Assembly: GCA_027923505.1 (NCBI GenBank)
Contig: BROI01000012.1
Location: 124,001-188,000, forward strand
Source of the DNA: Mayamaea pseudoterrestris
Lineage: Eukaryota
Direction of reading: 5' to 3'
DNA length: 64,000 nt
Shown: one piece after another, positions 23,103 through 34,700 of the stretch
Layout: every line of letters begins with the position of its first letter
How positions within the stretch are numbered: the stretch's first letter is position 1
The notes under the pieces: model-generated
Seen by the model: the letters and a program-made list of their open reading frames with translations, nothing else
Databases searched by the model: none
What the model was told of the DNA's origin: nothing
Translations under genes and position numbers: made by a program

Positions 23103-24197
23103 TCACTCCAGCAAGTCATACAATTCTTCCACTATATCCCACGCCACCAAGTCGGGATGTCCACCCTTCATGCCGGTGCATCGGTGCATGGCTTCGGGCT
23201 CTCGCAAGTTTCCACCATTGTGATTATCGCCAGTGTTGCGACAGATACCAGGCTCGTCGCTGTGAACGTCGGAGCCGCACTCGCCAAGTATTTCCACGTG
23301 TTTGCGGGCATGCACGAGTCGAATGTTGGTGCGCGGCGGCAGTGTTTCGTTTTGATGGTAGTGTATGGCTCGCAAGGCACTCTCCGCAACGTCTTGTCCG
23401 TGCGGTGCAAACATTGGAACGGCAATGACGGGACCTTTGTACATGGCTGCCAAGCTTTCAATGGTTGGTGACGTATATGAATCGTCAAAGAGCTCTGGAT
23501 GTGACTGCGAGTATGCTGTGATTTCGCGCCCATATTTGCTCGTGGTTTCAAAGTGGTTGAACCGACCCATGATGACTGCGTCCATGGATTCGAGCGAACG
23601 GTCGAGTAGATTCTCAAAGGTTTTGGCCCATTGCTGCTCGTTGTAGACGAGCGGTGAGTTTGACACAGTCACGAGTGTAGCATTGTTTGCAAAGTGGTGA
23701 CTCATGGTGAATCCAAAGGTTGATTCGCTGGAAGCGCCAAAGCTATCATTGTAACTGCGCGAACTGGAAATCACATTTTGATACTCGCAGAGCAGAGTGT
23801 TAAAAACTTGTCGAGTATGCGAGTTCCCAAGCATGAATACATAAGTATTGTTTGGTAGAGGAAACTTTCGGCGTCCCCAGGTGGTACTGTCTTGCCGGTT
23901 AGCGTAGTTGAGCATGCGCGTCGTAAAGTCGTCGTAGGCCGGTCCATCGCAAATGTATGGTTTCTTGGATACATTGGCAAGGCTGGCGCGACAAATGTGC
24001 AAATCCAAGAGTGGTTGCTGATCGTTTGATTGCTTTGCAGTGTTGAATTGTTCTCGAGTTGCTATAATGGATGCCGATGTTGTTCTAAGTGTTTGCTTGG
24101 CCGAGTCAATGACTGGAGTTGGAAGTAGAAACAAACTTGTGGCAAAGACTGCGGCAGTCGCAACGAGACAAAGAATTGAAGACAGTATCAAGTGCAT
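23103..24197 (-). CDS. Type II membrane protein, SGNH/PC-esterase-like
   Basis: Likely start MHLILSSILCLVATAAVFA. VFMLGNSHTRQVFNTLLC resembles the GDS..R.....L.C motif of TBL/PC-esterase proteins; C-terminal MHRC...GGHPD. Confidence 0.55.
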   Translation of the reverse strand: MHLILSSILCLVATAAVFATSLFLLPTPVIDSAKQTLRTTSASIIATREQFNTAKQSNDQQPLLDLHICRASLANVSKKPYICDGPAYDDFTTRMLNYANRQDSTTWGRRKFPLPNNTYVFMLGNSHTRQVFNTLLCEYQNVISSSRSYNDSFGASSESTFGFTMSHHFANNATLVTVSNSPLVYNEQQWAKTFENLLDRSLESMDAVIMGRFNHFETTSKYGREITAYSQSHPELFDDSYTSPTIESLAAMYKGPVIAVPMFAPHGQDVAESALRAIHYHQNETLPPRTNIRLVHARKHVEILGECGSDVHSDEPGICRNTGDNHNGGNLREPEAMHRCTGMKGGHPDLVAWDIVEELYDLLE

Positions 24198-24624
24198 GTT
24201 TTGATAGTTTTGTACTGTGCATTTGAGAAAAGATTGAGTGAGTTTTCTGTCGAAAGCAAGGGTAAAGGTGAAGCGAGTAGCGAGCAAGCATTGCATCATC
24301 GTGCCTCATTCGTCGAACGACCATTGTTTCATTGCTTCCATCAACGTACCAGCAACGTTAATCTCTATTGATTAACAGCGTTTTTCAATGAGTAAAAGCT
24401 CCATCAGTGTAAAGAGGACTACGGATGGTAGCCGAGGTAGGAATGGAATGGAATACATTGATCGGTCGAACATGAGTTTTGATGCTGATTTCTTTGGCGA
24501 GCGGCCAAAGTCCCCTTTCGCGAAACCGGTACGACATTAATTCAAAACCGTTTCAACTTGATACTGGTGCGACAGTCGCTCGCATCCGTTCGTTCCGTCA
24601 CTTTTTCGCTCATCCATCATTAGC

Positions 24625-27594
24625 ATGGGGGACGACGGGATAATGCAGCAGCATCAGCTATTAAAAGCGCGAGATATGCGACAAGAAGTGTTTACTATAG
24701 GTAAACCCTGCTCTCATTCTAATTTTCAATGGCAGAATGTTTTATCTGCTAGCAGATTACGCTGCAATATACGCTGGATTCATCTGCTGCTGCTCTCCAT
24801 CACATCATCCGTTCATGCGTGGACATCAACCAATCGACGATCAAATTATTTCGCCATGAACCATTACTCAACAATGAAATCGACACCAGAAAGCAGTCTT
24901 TTGAACGCGACCGTATCCAGTAAATCCGCTTTGCCTCGACAACGACGTAAACAGCAGCAAAAAGAGCCTTCTCTGTTCAAGTCAAAATCACATCATTCAA
25001 TACAATCAAATGCTATAAATCGAGCGACTCTAAAATCTCGCAATCATACAAAAGCTGTTAATGGTAGAACGTCACAAGCTACGTCCAAGAAGAGACCGCA
25101 GGTGCGACGGCTCCGAAACAATTCCTCTGGCGCTAAATCAAAATCGAATGCCACCAACACCAACATAGCTCGACAAGCGAGCTCATACAATACAACCGAA
25201 GGCGCCGTCCTTTTTAATCGACAACTCAATCTACTTGTTAAGCACCAAGTGAAGCAGCAAGCCAATAACAGAACCGACATTAGGAGTAGTAGCAGCAGTA
25301 GACGATCCGTTGCGCAACAGGCGACCGACTTGCTACTTGAAAAGATCCATTTCAACAGCACAGACTATGACGCGGTGTCATTCAACATTGTTCTATCGGC
25401 GTGGAGCCGACAGCGAAGCATTACGGCGGCACAAAAAGCGGATCAACTACTGTCAATACTACTCACATTGAGCGCTCAAACGCAACGACACAATCTACAA
25501 GCCAACTCGTATTCCTACGGAAGCGTGTTGCACGCCTACGCCAAGGCCAATGATGGAATCCGCGGCGCCACGAGAGCATCCGAACTATTGCATCAGCTCG
25601 AGTCGTCTCCGCATATTCAACTTGACACAGACTATTGTCACAATGCCGTGATGGATGCCTGGGCAGTTTCCAATCACGTTGATGCGGGCATGCGGGCGGA
25701 AGCAATCTTGCGAAGACTTTTGGAGCACAATGGCAGTGTCAAACCGACCAAGGTTTCCTTCAATGCATGCATCAACGCATATGCTCGCTCCGGACAAGTG
25801 CAGCATGTTCAGCGACTATTACAGGAAATGAAGAAACTTGCTGACGCTGGTCAAGTGCACTTTGCGCCCGACAAGATATCCTACACGACTTGCATTGACG
25901 CATTCGCCAAGAGCGAGGGTAGCTTGGCCAATGCCAAGCAGGCGGATGCACTGCTGACGGAAATGGAGCGACTGTATGTGGCAACAAACTCGACCAGTCT
26001 TTGTCCCGACGTGGTTGCCTATACATCCGTTTTAACGGCTTACGCCAAGTCGGGTCGCGTCAAGAGTCAAATCGCCAATGACTTGTTGCGACGAATGGAA
26101 TTGTACGCAAACGATCGCCCAAACTCGGTATTTCTAAATGCATGGATCAATCTACTAGCCAAAAATATGGATGTGGAGGTTGAACAAGACTCGGCGGCTG
26201 CTGCGGAAGGCCTGCTACAGTACATGCAAACGGCATTTTGGGAACGAAAGCAGCTTCAACTGAAACCGTGCAAGATTACCTACACGGCGCTCATCACCGT
26301 CTTGGCCGAAGTTGGAACTGTGGCAGCGGCGGAGCGAGCGGAGGATTTGTATCGAGAGTTGGAAGGCTTGTGGCGCGAAACTGGAGACTTGGATTATTTG
26401 CCGACCACGAAAACGTTTGCGAGTTTGTTGAACGCGTGGGCCCGGTGTGGCGGCGCCTCCAAGGCGTTGCGACGGGCGGACGATATAATGGCCAACATGA
26501 AGCGACTGTATGAGGAAACTGGATCGAATGACGTGCGTCCCAACACGATTCTGTTTGTGCAAATTTTTCAAATTCTTGCCAAGAGTGGAGAAGCGAACGC
26601 AGCTGAGAAAGCCAAGGAACTTTTGAGGGAAATGCACGCGTTGTATTTGGCTGGTTGCCCTGACGTGCGGCCAGATTCGACGACATATGCTTACCTGATT
26701 AACACTTTTACGAAAGCCAGAGTCGATAATGTTGCCGAGCTGGCAACGCTTGTTTTGGAGGAGGCAGAAGCTGGATATAACGCAGGGATTGGAGAACTTC
26801 GGCCGACAGCAATGCTATACTCGGCTTGCCTCCAGGCATATGCCAAGTGTGCCTCGAAGGAAGGTGCGCAGCTGGCCGAAGGTTTGCTGAAACAAACAAA
26901 GGAATTGTACGAACGAGGCAAGATTTATGCCAAGCCGAGATTTACGTTTTACAACGCAGTTATGGACGCGCATGCTCGATCCAATGGCGGGCGGCAGGCT
27001 GCTGAGCGCGCTGTGGAACTCTTGGACGAAATGGATGTCCGCAGCAAGGCCGGTGATCAAACGCTTCGACCAAATACAAGAAGTTTTAACGCTGCAATCT
27101 TCGCGTGGAAGAACAGTGGTGAGGCTGATGCACCAGCACATGCTGAATTGTTGCTTCGACGAATGAACGAAGGCTACAAGGCTGGCGAGCGAAGCATGCG
27201 ACCTGATCGGGTGACAATCAACTCGATTATTGGCGTATGGGCCAAGAGTCATGCTGACAATGCAGCGGAACGTGCTGAAGAATGGCTCACGTTTATGGAG
27301 ACGCAGTTTGCTAATGGTGATCGATCCTTAAAGCCGGACTCGTGGAGCGTCAACACTTGTATAAATGCATATAGTCGCTCTGAGCGTGTCGACGCTCCGG
27401 AACGAGCACGAATGTTGTACGAGCGGATGAAAACAGCCTATGAAGCTGGTGACTTGGAGATGCGACCCGACTTGATTACACTCAATTCACTGCAAACGGT
27501 GCTGTCGCGATGCAGTAACAAGGATGAAAGGCATCAGCTAACTCGTATCGCGGATGAGATTGCCAAGTTGTATACATCGACGCTAGCAGCATAA
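24625..27594 (+). CDS. Pentatricopeptide-repeat (PPR) protein, probably organelle (plastid) targeted
   Basis: Many repeats of the form PDKISYTTCIDAFAKS, PDVVAYTSVLTAYAKS, PNTRSFNAAIFAW; signal-like LLLLSITSSVHAW followed by an S/T/R-rich segment. True start uncertain. Confidence 0.9.
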   Translation: MGDDGIMQQHQLLKARDMRQEVFTIGKPCSHSNFQWQNVLSASRLRCNIRWIHLLLLSITSSVHAWTSTNRRSNYFAMNHYSTMKSTPESSLLNATVSSKSALPRQRRKQQQKEPSLFKSKSHHSIQSNAINRATLKSRNHTKAVNGRTSQATSKKRPQVRRLRNNSSGAKSKSNATNTNIARQASSYNTTEGAVLFNRQLNLLVKHQVKQQANNRTDIRSSSSSRRSVAQQATDLLLEKIHFNSTDYDAVSFNIVLSAWSRQRSITAAQKADQLLSILLTLSAQTQRHNLQANSYSYGSVLHAYAKANDGIRGATRASELLHQLESSPHIQLDTDYCHNAVMDAWAVSNHVDAGMRAEAILRRLLEHNGSVKPTKVSFNACINAYARSGQVQHVQRLLQEMKKLADAGQVHFAPDKISYTTCIDAFAKSEGSLANAKQADALLTEMERLYVATNSTSLCPDVVAYTSVLTAYAKSGRVKSQIANDLLRRMELYANDRPNSVFLNAWINLLAKNMDVEVEQDSAAAAEGLLQYMQTAFWERKQLQLKPCKITYTALITVLAEVGTVAAAERAEDLYRELEGLWRETGDLDYLPTTKTFASLLNAWARCGGASKALRRADDIMANMKRLYEETGSNDVRPNTILFVQIFQILAKSGEANAAEKAKELLREMHALYLAGCPDVRPDSTTYAYLINTFTKARVDNVAELATLVLEEAEAGYNAGIGELRPTAMLYSACLQAYAKCASKEGAQLAEGLLKQTKELYERGKIYAKPRFTFYNAVMDAHARSNGGRQAAERAVELLDEMDVRSKAGDQTLRPNTRSFNAAIFAWKNSGEADAPAHAELLLRRMNEGYKAGERSMRPDRVTINSIIGVWAKSHADNAAERAEEWLTFMETQFANGDRSLKPDSWSVNTCINAYSRSERVDAPERARMLYERMKTAYEAGDLEMRPDLITLNSLQTVLSRCSNKDERHQLTRIADEIAKLYTSTLAA

Positions 27595-27647
27595 ACATAT
27601 AATGTATATTTTACATATTAGGTATTAACACTGATGATTACGCAGGT

Positions 27648-28781
27648 TCACTTGGGTTGAGCTTCTCGGTTCTTGTCTTTGGAAGGGCGACTCGTCGTTT
27701 CATGTCGAGCGTTGAAGTAGAGAGCCAAGTTTTCTAGCTGCTGCCGGTGTTGCTGCTGTAATGACATGATCTGGTAGTTGAATTGTATCTGATGGAGCCG
27801 AGATGCCACTAGGGTATCAACCGGATTGATTTGGAGCGGAAAGCCAAACGCATCACAGGCGGCGAATGTTGGGCTGTAAAAATTGTCCTGCATTGCGCCT
27901 CCAACAGCAAGGGGATTGATCGATCCAAAAGCGGGAATGCCCCCTGCTGGAATTTGGTACTGGTTCCAAAGCTGTAGAGTACTAAGGGAAACAGTCGGAA
28001 CTACCGGCAGGCCGTTTATTTGCGAATTGCTTTCGTTTGAAATGGAAATCTTTCGGGGCAGTTTAGTCGTCTCTCCTACAATGCGCCGCTCCTTGCTCAA
28101 TGGTTCGTCACAGTCTTGACCTCCGCTGTAAATGTTCGAGCCCTTAGTCTGCTTGATGTGCTTTCGTTTCCGCTTTTGAATCGTTCGTTTGTGGGACATG
28201 CCGCTTGGAGTCACCGCAGCGGCAGATTGCGTAATGTTAATTGGTCGCTGTTCATCAACTGCGCCAGTGTCGTCCGAATTATGTACGATCTTGGCAGGAA
28301 TGTCGTATGGAGTACCTCCAGCTACCGAATCCTTCCTTTGCAGCATTTCTCGAGTAACATTCGGCGCATTCATGTGAACGGCAGAATCTTCATGCTTGTC
28401 GAGCACTAAATTCGCGTCATCGTGCTCTTCCAATGCCTCTGCCTGCAGCTCAACTTTCTCATCCGCAATGTCATGGTGACGGGCCTTTTGCGTGACAGCT
28501 CCAATGGCTCCGTTCGTTGCAGAATTTGCATCGTCTCGCTCTCGCTCTCCTTCCTGGCTGTCCTTGGCTGCTGCTGATTTCAGATGATTGTCCCCTCTAG
28601 AATGATCATTACCCTCTAAAATCAGCTGCTTTAATGTGACATTAGCATCATGGTCATTGAAAGTATGCCGCTTGGAGCCTTTGGCTTTTTCAGACTTAAC
28701 GAGTGTCGCAGAATTCGCATCGTCAGGCTGCCCTTCCATGCCGCTCCTGTCATCAAGGGACCGAGAAAGTTTGCTTCCCAT
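27648..28781 (-). CDS. Hypothetical low-complexity protein, possible N-myristoylation (MGSKLS) and NLS (KRKRK)
   Basis: 421-aa ORF whose first ATG is at 28781. Confidence 0.6.
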   Translation of the reverse strand: MGSKLSRSLDDRSGMEGQPDDANSATLVKSEKAKGSKRHTFNDHDANVTLKQLILEGNDHSRGDNHLKSAAAKDSQEGERERDDANSATNGAIGAVTQKARHHDIADEKVELQAEALEEHDDANLVLDKHEDSAVHMNAPNVTREMLQRKDSVAGGTPYDIPAKIVHNSDDTGAVDEQRPINITQSAAAVTPSGMSHKRTIQKRKRKHIKQTKGSNIYSGGQDCDEPLSKERRIVGETTKLPRKISISNESNSQINGLPVVPTVSLSTLQLWNQYQIPAGGIPAFGSINPLAVGGAMQDNFYSPTFAACDAFGFPLQINPVDTLVASRLHQIQFNYQIMSLQQQHRQQLENLALYFNARHETTSRPSKDKNREAQPK

Positions 28782-29203
28782 AATGAGACGTTTGCTTGTA
28801 TCTACTCTATATGAGAGCAGCGTTTCATGGGCCGTATGCCGTATGACTCCGAGTTGTTTTTCTTTCGATAAAGAAAAGAGCAAGGAGCCCAAGAAACTGC
28901 GGTTCTGCACCAATTTCGTCTTTCCATAACCGGTACGATTTGCGATTCGAATTTGAGTCGTGTTTTGGTGTCACAATGACCGTTCGTTAATTCTCATATA
29001 GCCTCCGAATTATGTTATAGTCATTCATGATTAAATTGTTCGATGGGGCCGTAATCTTTGATTCGACGAATCTGGTCGAATCTTCTCCGGCACAACAAAG
29101 GGATCATCGCAGCGTCTTCTCCTCACTTTTGTCCACTTGCTGCCAAGATCAAATTGACAGTAACTACTCCATCAGCCTTTACACGATTTTCCAACGGGTC
29201 AAC

Positions 29204-30456
29204 ATGAAGTGTCACAGTTTGCTTCTTCTCATCCTGTCGTCGTCTTTGCACAGCATTGCTGCTCAGCAGTGCGGAACGTCTGGCTTTTCCATTGCCGGAT
29301 CAAGCACCGTATATCCCATTGCCACGGCGTGGGCGGCCGCCTACAGTGACATGTGCACGGGTATCAAGATAAGTCCCATTGATGATGATGGCTCAAGCAA
29401 CGGAGCAGCTCGAGTCTGCGGAGCGGGTGAGGATGGTGCTTCCACGGTCGAAATTGGCGACATGAGTCGGCAATGGCGAGAAGAGGAAGCAACCCAACAG
29501 GATGATGGATACACATATGACTGTGTCATTGGAGATGACTCAAGATCTGTCATACAGATCGATGTGGCGCTCGATGGCATTTCCGTCGTCGCAAGTGGAG
29601 GAGGAACAGCGGCGTCATGCATTGAAGTCCTGGACGGTTTGACAATTGATCAGCTCCGCTGGATGTTTAGCAACTACACCGATTCTCAGCTCGAGGCGAC
29701 AGGATGGGATCCAGCGTCGATTGCGAATTCCGATGGAGACGAGACGACGCATCTTTGGTCTGAGCTTAACGCTTCATGCGAAGCTACGGAGATCTTGGCG
29801 GCTGGACAAGATGAAACGCACGGCACCTTTGATTATTTTAGTGAAACGGTACGTCGAAGGAAGTACAGGATGTAGATGTTTGGATGCTGCAACTGAGTCT
29901 CATGATCATGACTTTCTTTCATTTCTAACGACAGCTATTCGCCGATATGGATAATGGCGAGGGCTTTGCCAACACCTACAACGCCGACCCCGACGGCCCG
30001 GGCGGAACCGTCTCATACGTGGAGTCAAATCCAGCGGCTGTCGGATATGTTGGATATGCTTACTACTACCAGAATGGCATCGAGCTGTACGTGGCGGCCA
30101 TTGAAAACGACGCGGGTGACTTTGTCACGCCCGGCGCCGACTCTGTTGTCGATGGAACATACAACCCGCTCTCGAGAACCATTTACATGAACCTTTTGGA
30201 TGATCCTGAGTCGTTGGCAAACACTGTACCATTTATTCAATTTGGATTCTCGTCGGATGGGGCGGACATTGTTGCGACCACTGGTTACGTGCCGATTCCC
30301 AACCCGAGCGAAATGTTGGCACGATTGCCAGCTGCAGGAGCTACCCAAACGGACGCAGAAGGTAGCGATGTGAAATCATCGTCAGCTCAAAGCGTTAAAA
30401 GCTTTTCTGCGGTGGCAGCAGCTTTGGTTGTTTCCATTGCAGTCACACTAATGTAA
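29204..30456 (+). CDS. pstS: PstS-like phosphate-binding protein with signal peptide and likely GPI-anchor tail; one intron at 29849-29934
   Basis: IAGSSTVYPI, GSSNG, EIGDMSR, VALDGISVV, HGTFDYF, VGYVGYAY, GTYNPLSRTIY. The intron has GTACGT...CTAAC...ACAG and joins the two ORFs in frame; hydrophobic C-terminus. Confidence 0.88.
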
Positions 30457-30820
30457 GCTCCACGTAGTACTTATTTTAAGCTGCGCTACGCGCTCTGTGT
30501 GTCGCTCAGTTTAAAATGATAATGACGCATTTTTACCGCTTTTGCGCAAGCCAGTTTATAGTTTCTTTTGGAGATATTACATGTATACAGAGTTCACTTC
30601 CTGCTGAGCTATAGAAAGCTACTAGGTGATTTCAAGGGTAGAAACGCCGCGAGAGATGGGGCTTTCGCTATCAGCCATGGGCATTTAACTTTGTTGCTTT
30701 ATATTTTTGTGCAAATTTGGCTATCTTCTTAGTTTTATACAAGTTGCCTCGATTATAATGTAATTCCAGTGACCAAACTTAGACCACATCATTGCATCTG
30801 TTGCACAAGGGCTGAGCAAG

Positions 30821-31797
30821 CTACTTGCGTCGCCGGTTCGCCCCACAACGTTCTTTGCAAACTCGATACGCCAAGAAAATTGAAACGACAATAATTTGAA
30901 ATAGGGCAATCATGGCAATAGCAAATGTATCAAACTGATCGATTCCTAGTGCCGTCACAGGAATGACCAAACCGACCACGACTGTCAAGACAAACATGAC
31001 CAGAACGAGCGAAAACAAACACAACCGATGCAGCCATGAGTCACCCAAGAGGCACGTCTCCAGCAAAACGACAGTCAGCAGCAGCGCCACCGCCAAGCCA
31101 AGGACGGCTTGCGTATTGCGTGACAATGCGCTGCCTTGACACGAGCCAGCGCCTGGATCGCTCGGCTGAAAGATTTGGCCGCAGAGTTGCTTTGTAAATA
31201 CAACGCTTTTTGTACCAAAGTAGTCAATGCTGTATGCCCGAATCAACAGGCAAGCCGTTCCATCTGCGCTACTGTCGGACGGCTGATACTCAATGACAGA
31301 ATATTGGTGGTTGCGTTCGTAGTCAACGGCGTGGCAGCCGTCCGAAAATGGTCCACCCTTGGCACTGCCGAGTCGGTCAAGTGGACCCGACATTAGTATC
31401 GGAAAGGAATATGCTCCAGTGGAACTGCCGCCACCGTCTCCGTAGTAGGTATTGGATCCATCGTCAAACGCCAGCATGTGCGTCCGAACTAATCATCAAT
31501 GTTTGCTTGTTTGCAAATACTTGAGATATGTAGGCTGACACGTATGACGATCCTGGCATGCCCCATCCAATTATCCTCTCCTTCCGCTTTTGCACCAACC
31601 CATGGCTTGTTGATACCAAAATAACAAAGTCGTAGTTACTGGCCGCTGCTCAGCGAGCTCAAGCAAAACAACCAGTCTCGCTGCCTGTCACCGCTGTAAA
31701 TGCGTTTGGCCGCTGACTAATCGCAACCGGCATGATACATTGCCACGTAAACGCCTGGTAATTGCCCATTTGCGCCGTTAGCTTCTTTTTGTTGCGT
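30821..31797 (-). pseudogene. 3' part of a PhoD-like alkaline phosphatase with C-terminal TM helices; frameshifted and 5'-truncated at the satellite junction (or sequencing error)
   Basis: Hand translation across frames gives G.RQRDWLF, NYDFVILVS.KPWVG, EDNWMGH..DR and SSDAH-MLAFDDG, resembling the PhoD-type Q..WL, D.W.G...R and DxH motifs. About six frame changes lie in 31478-31690. Confidence 0.6.
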
Positions 31798-34700
31798 TTC
31801 TGGTGTAATTTGGGCACCGACAGGGCCTGCTGTAGGAGTGAAATTCATAGCATCTGCGGGCGTTGGCACAAGTGGTGTCAAAATGTCCCTGAGACACCAG
31901 CCAAACCTACCATCTTGTAGCCCAGCCTGAATAATGATGTTGGCACCGTTCTTGTTGTAATTTGGGCACCGACAGGGCTTGCTGGGCATTAATACATTGG
32001 CAGGTGACAAGTTGTCACCAAATACATTGGCATCCCCTGAGACACCAGCCAAGCTTACCATCATGTAGCGCAGCCTAAATAATGAAGTTGGCACCTTTCT
32101 GGTGTAATTTGGGCACCAACAGGGCCTGCTGTAGGGGCGTCTGAATGTCACGGCATCTGCGGGCTGAGACTGGTGACAAGTTGTCACCAAATACATTGCC
32201 ATCCCCTGAGACACCAGCCAAGCCTACCATCTTGTCGCCCAGCCTGAATAAAAATGTTGCCACCATTCTGGTGTATTTTGGGCACCAACAGGGCCTGCAG
32301 TAGAGGCGTTTGACTGTCACGGCATCTGCGGGCTGAGACTGGTGACAAGTTGTCACCAAATGCATTGCCATCCCCTGAGACACCAGCCAAGCCTACCATC
32401 ATGTAGCGCATTCTAAATAATGATGTTGGCACCATTCTGGTGTAATTTGGGCACCTACAGGGCCTGCTGTAGGGGCGTTGGAATGTCATGGCATCTACGG
32501 GCTGAGACTGGTGACAAATTGTCACCAAAGACATTGCCATCCCCTGAGACACCAGCCAAGCCTACCATCTTGTTGCCCAGCCTGAATAATAATGTTGCCA
32601 CTATTCTGGTGTATTTTGGGCACCAACAGGGCCTGCTGTAGGGGCGTTAGAATGTCACGGCATCTGCAGGCTGAGACTGGTGACAAGTTGTCACCAAATA
32701 CATTGCCATCCCCTGAGACACCAGCCAAGCCTACCATCATGTAGCGCAGCCTGAAAAATGATGTTGGCACCATTATGGTGTAATTTGGGCACCTACAGGG
32801 CCTGCTGTTGTCATGGCATCTGCAAGCTGAGACTGGTGACAAGTTGTCACCAAATACATTGCCATCCCCTGAGACACCAGCCAAGCCTACCATCTTGTCG
32901 CCCAGCCTGAATAAAAATGTTGGCACCATTCTGGTGTATTTTGGGCACCGACAGGGCCGGTTGTAGGGGCGTTGGAATGTCATGGCATCTGCAGGCTGAG
33001 ACTGGTGACAAGTTGTCCTCAAACACATTGCCATCCCCTGAGACACCAGCCAAGCTTACCATCTTGTAGGGCAGCCTGAATCATGATGTTGGCACCATTC
33101 TGGTGTATTTTGGGCACCAACAGGGCCTGCTGTAAGGGCGTTGGAATGTCATGGCATCTGCGGGCTGAGACTGGTGACAAGTTGTCACCAAATACATTGC
33201 CATCCCCTGAGACACCAGCCAAGCCTACCATCTTGTTGCCCAGCCTGAATAATGATGTTGGCACCATTCTGGTGTATTTTGGGCACCGACAGGGCCTGTT
33301 GTAGGGGTGTTGGAATGTCATGGCATCTGCGGGCTGAGACTGGTGACAAGTTGTCACCAAATACATTGCCATCCCCTGAGACATCAGCCAAGCCAACCAT
33401 CTTGTAGCCCAGCCTAAATAATGATGTTGGCACCATTCTGGTGTAATTTGGGCACCTACAGGGCCTGCTGTAGGGGCGTTGGAATGTCATGGCATCTGCG
33501 GGCTGAGACTGGTGACAAGTTGTCACCAAATACATTGCCATCCCCTGAGACACCAGCCAAGCTTACCATCATGTAGCGCAGCCTGAATAATGATGTTGGC
33601 ACCATTATGGTGTAATGTGGGCACCTACAGGGCCTGCTGTAGGGGCGTTGGAATGTCATGGCATCTGCGGGCTGAGACTGGTGACAAGTTGTCACCAAAT
33701 ACATTGCCATCCCCTGAGACACCAGCCAAGCTTACCATCTTGTAGCGCAGCCTGAATAATGATGTTGGCACCATTATGGTGTAATTTGGGCACCTACAGG
33801 GCCTGCTGTAGGGGCGTTGGAATGTCATGGCATCTGCGGGCTGAGACTGGTGACAAGTTGTCACCAAATACATTGCCATCCCCTGAGACACCAGCCAAGC
33901 TTACCATCTTGTAGCGCAGCCTGAATAATGATGTTGTCTCAATTCTGGTTTAATTTGGGCACCGACAGGGCTTGCTGTAGGGGCGTTGGAATGTCATGGC
34001 ATCTACGGGCTGAGACTGGTGACACCTTGTCACCAAATACATTGGCATCCCCTGAGACACCAGCCAAGCTTACCATCATGTAGCGCAGCCAAAATAATGA
34101 AGTTGGCACCATTCTGTTGTAATTTGGGCACCGACAGGGCTTGCTGTAGGGGCGTTTGACTGTCACAGCATCTGCGGGCTGAGACTGGTGACACCTTGTC
34201 ACCAAATACATTGGCATCCCCTGAGACACCAGCCAAGCTTACCATCATGTAGCTCAGCCTAAATAATAAAGTTGGCACCATTCTGTTGTAATTTGGGCAC
34301 CGACAGGGCCTGCTGTAGGGGCATCTGAATGTCACGGCATCTGCGGGCTGAGACTGGTGACAAGTTGTCACCAAATACATTGCCATCCCCTGAGACACCA
34401 GCCAAGCCTACCATCATGTAGCGCATTCTGAATAATGATGTTGGCACCATTCTGTTGTAATTTGGGCACCTACAGGGCCTGCTGTAGGGGCATTGGAATG
34501 TCATGGCATCTGCGGGCTGAGACTGGTGACAAGTTGTCACCAAATACATTGCCATCCCCTGAGACACCAGCCAAGCTTACCATCTTGTAGCGCAGCCTGA
34601 ATAATGATGTTGGCTCATTCCTGGTGTAATTTGGGCACCGACAGGGCTTGCTGTAGGGGCGTTTGAATGTCATGGCATCTGCGGGCTACGACTGGTGACA

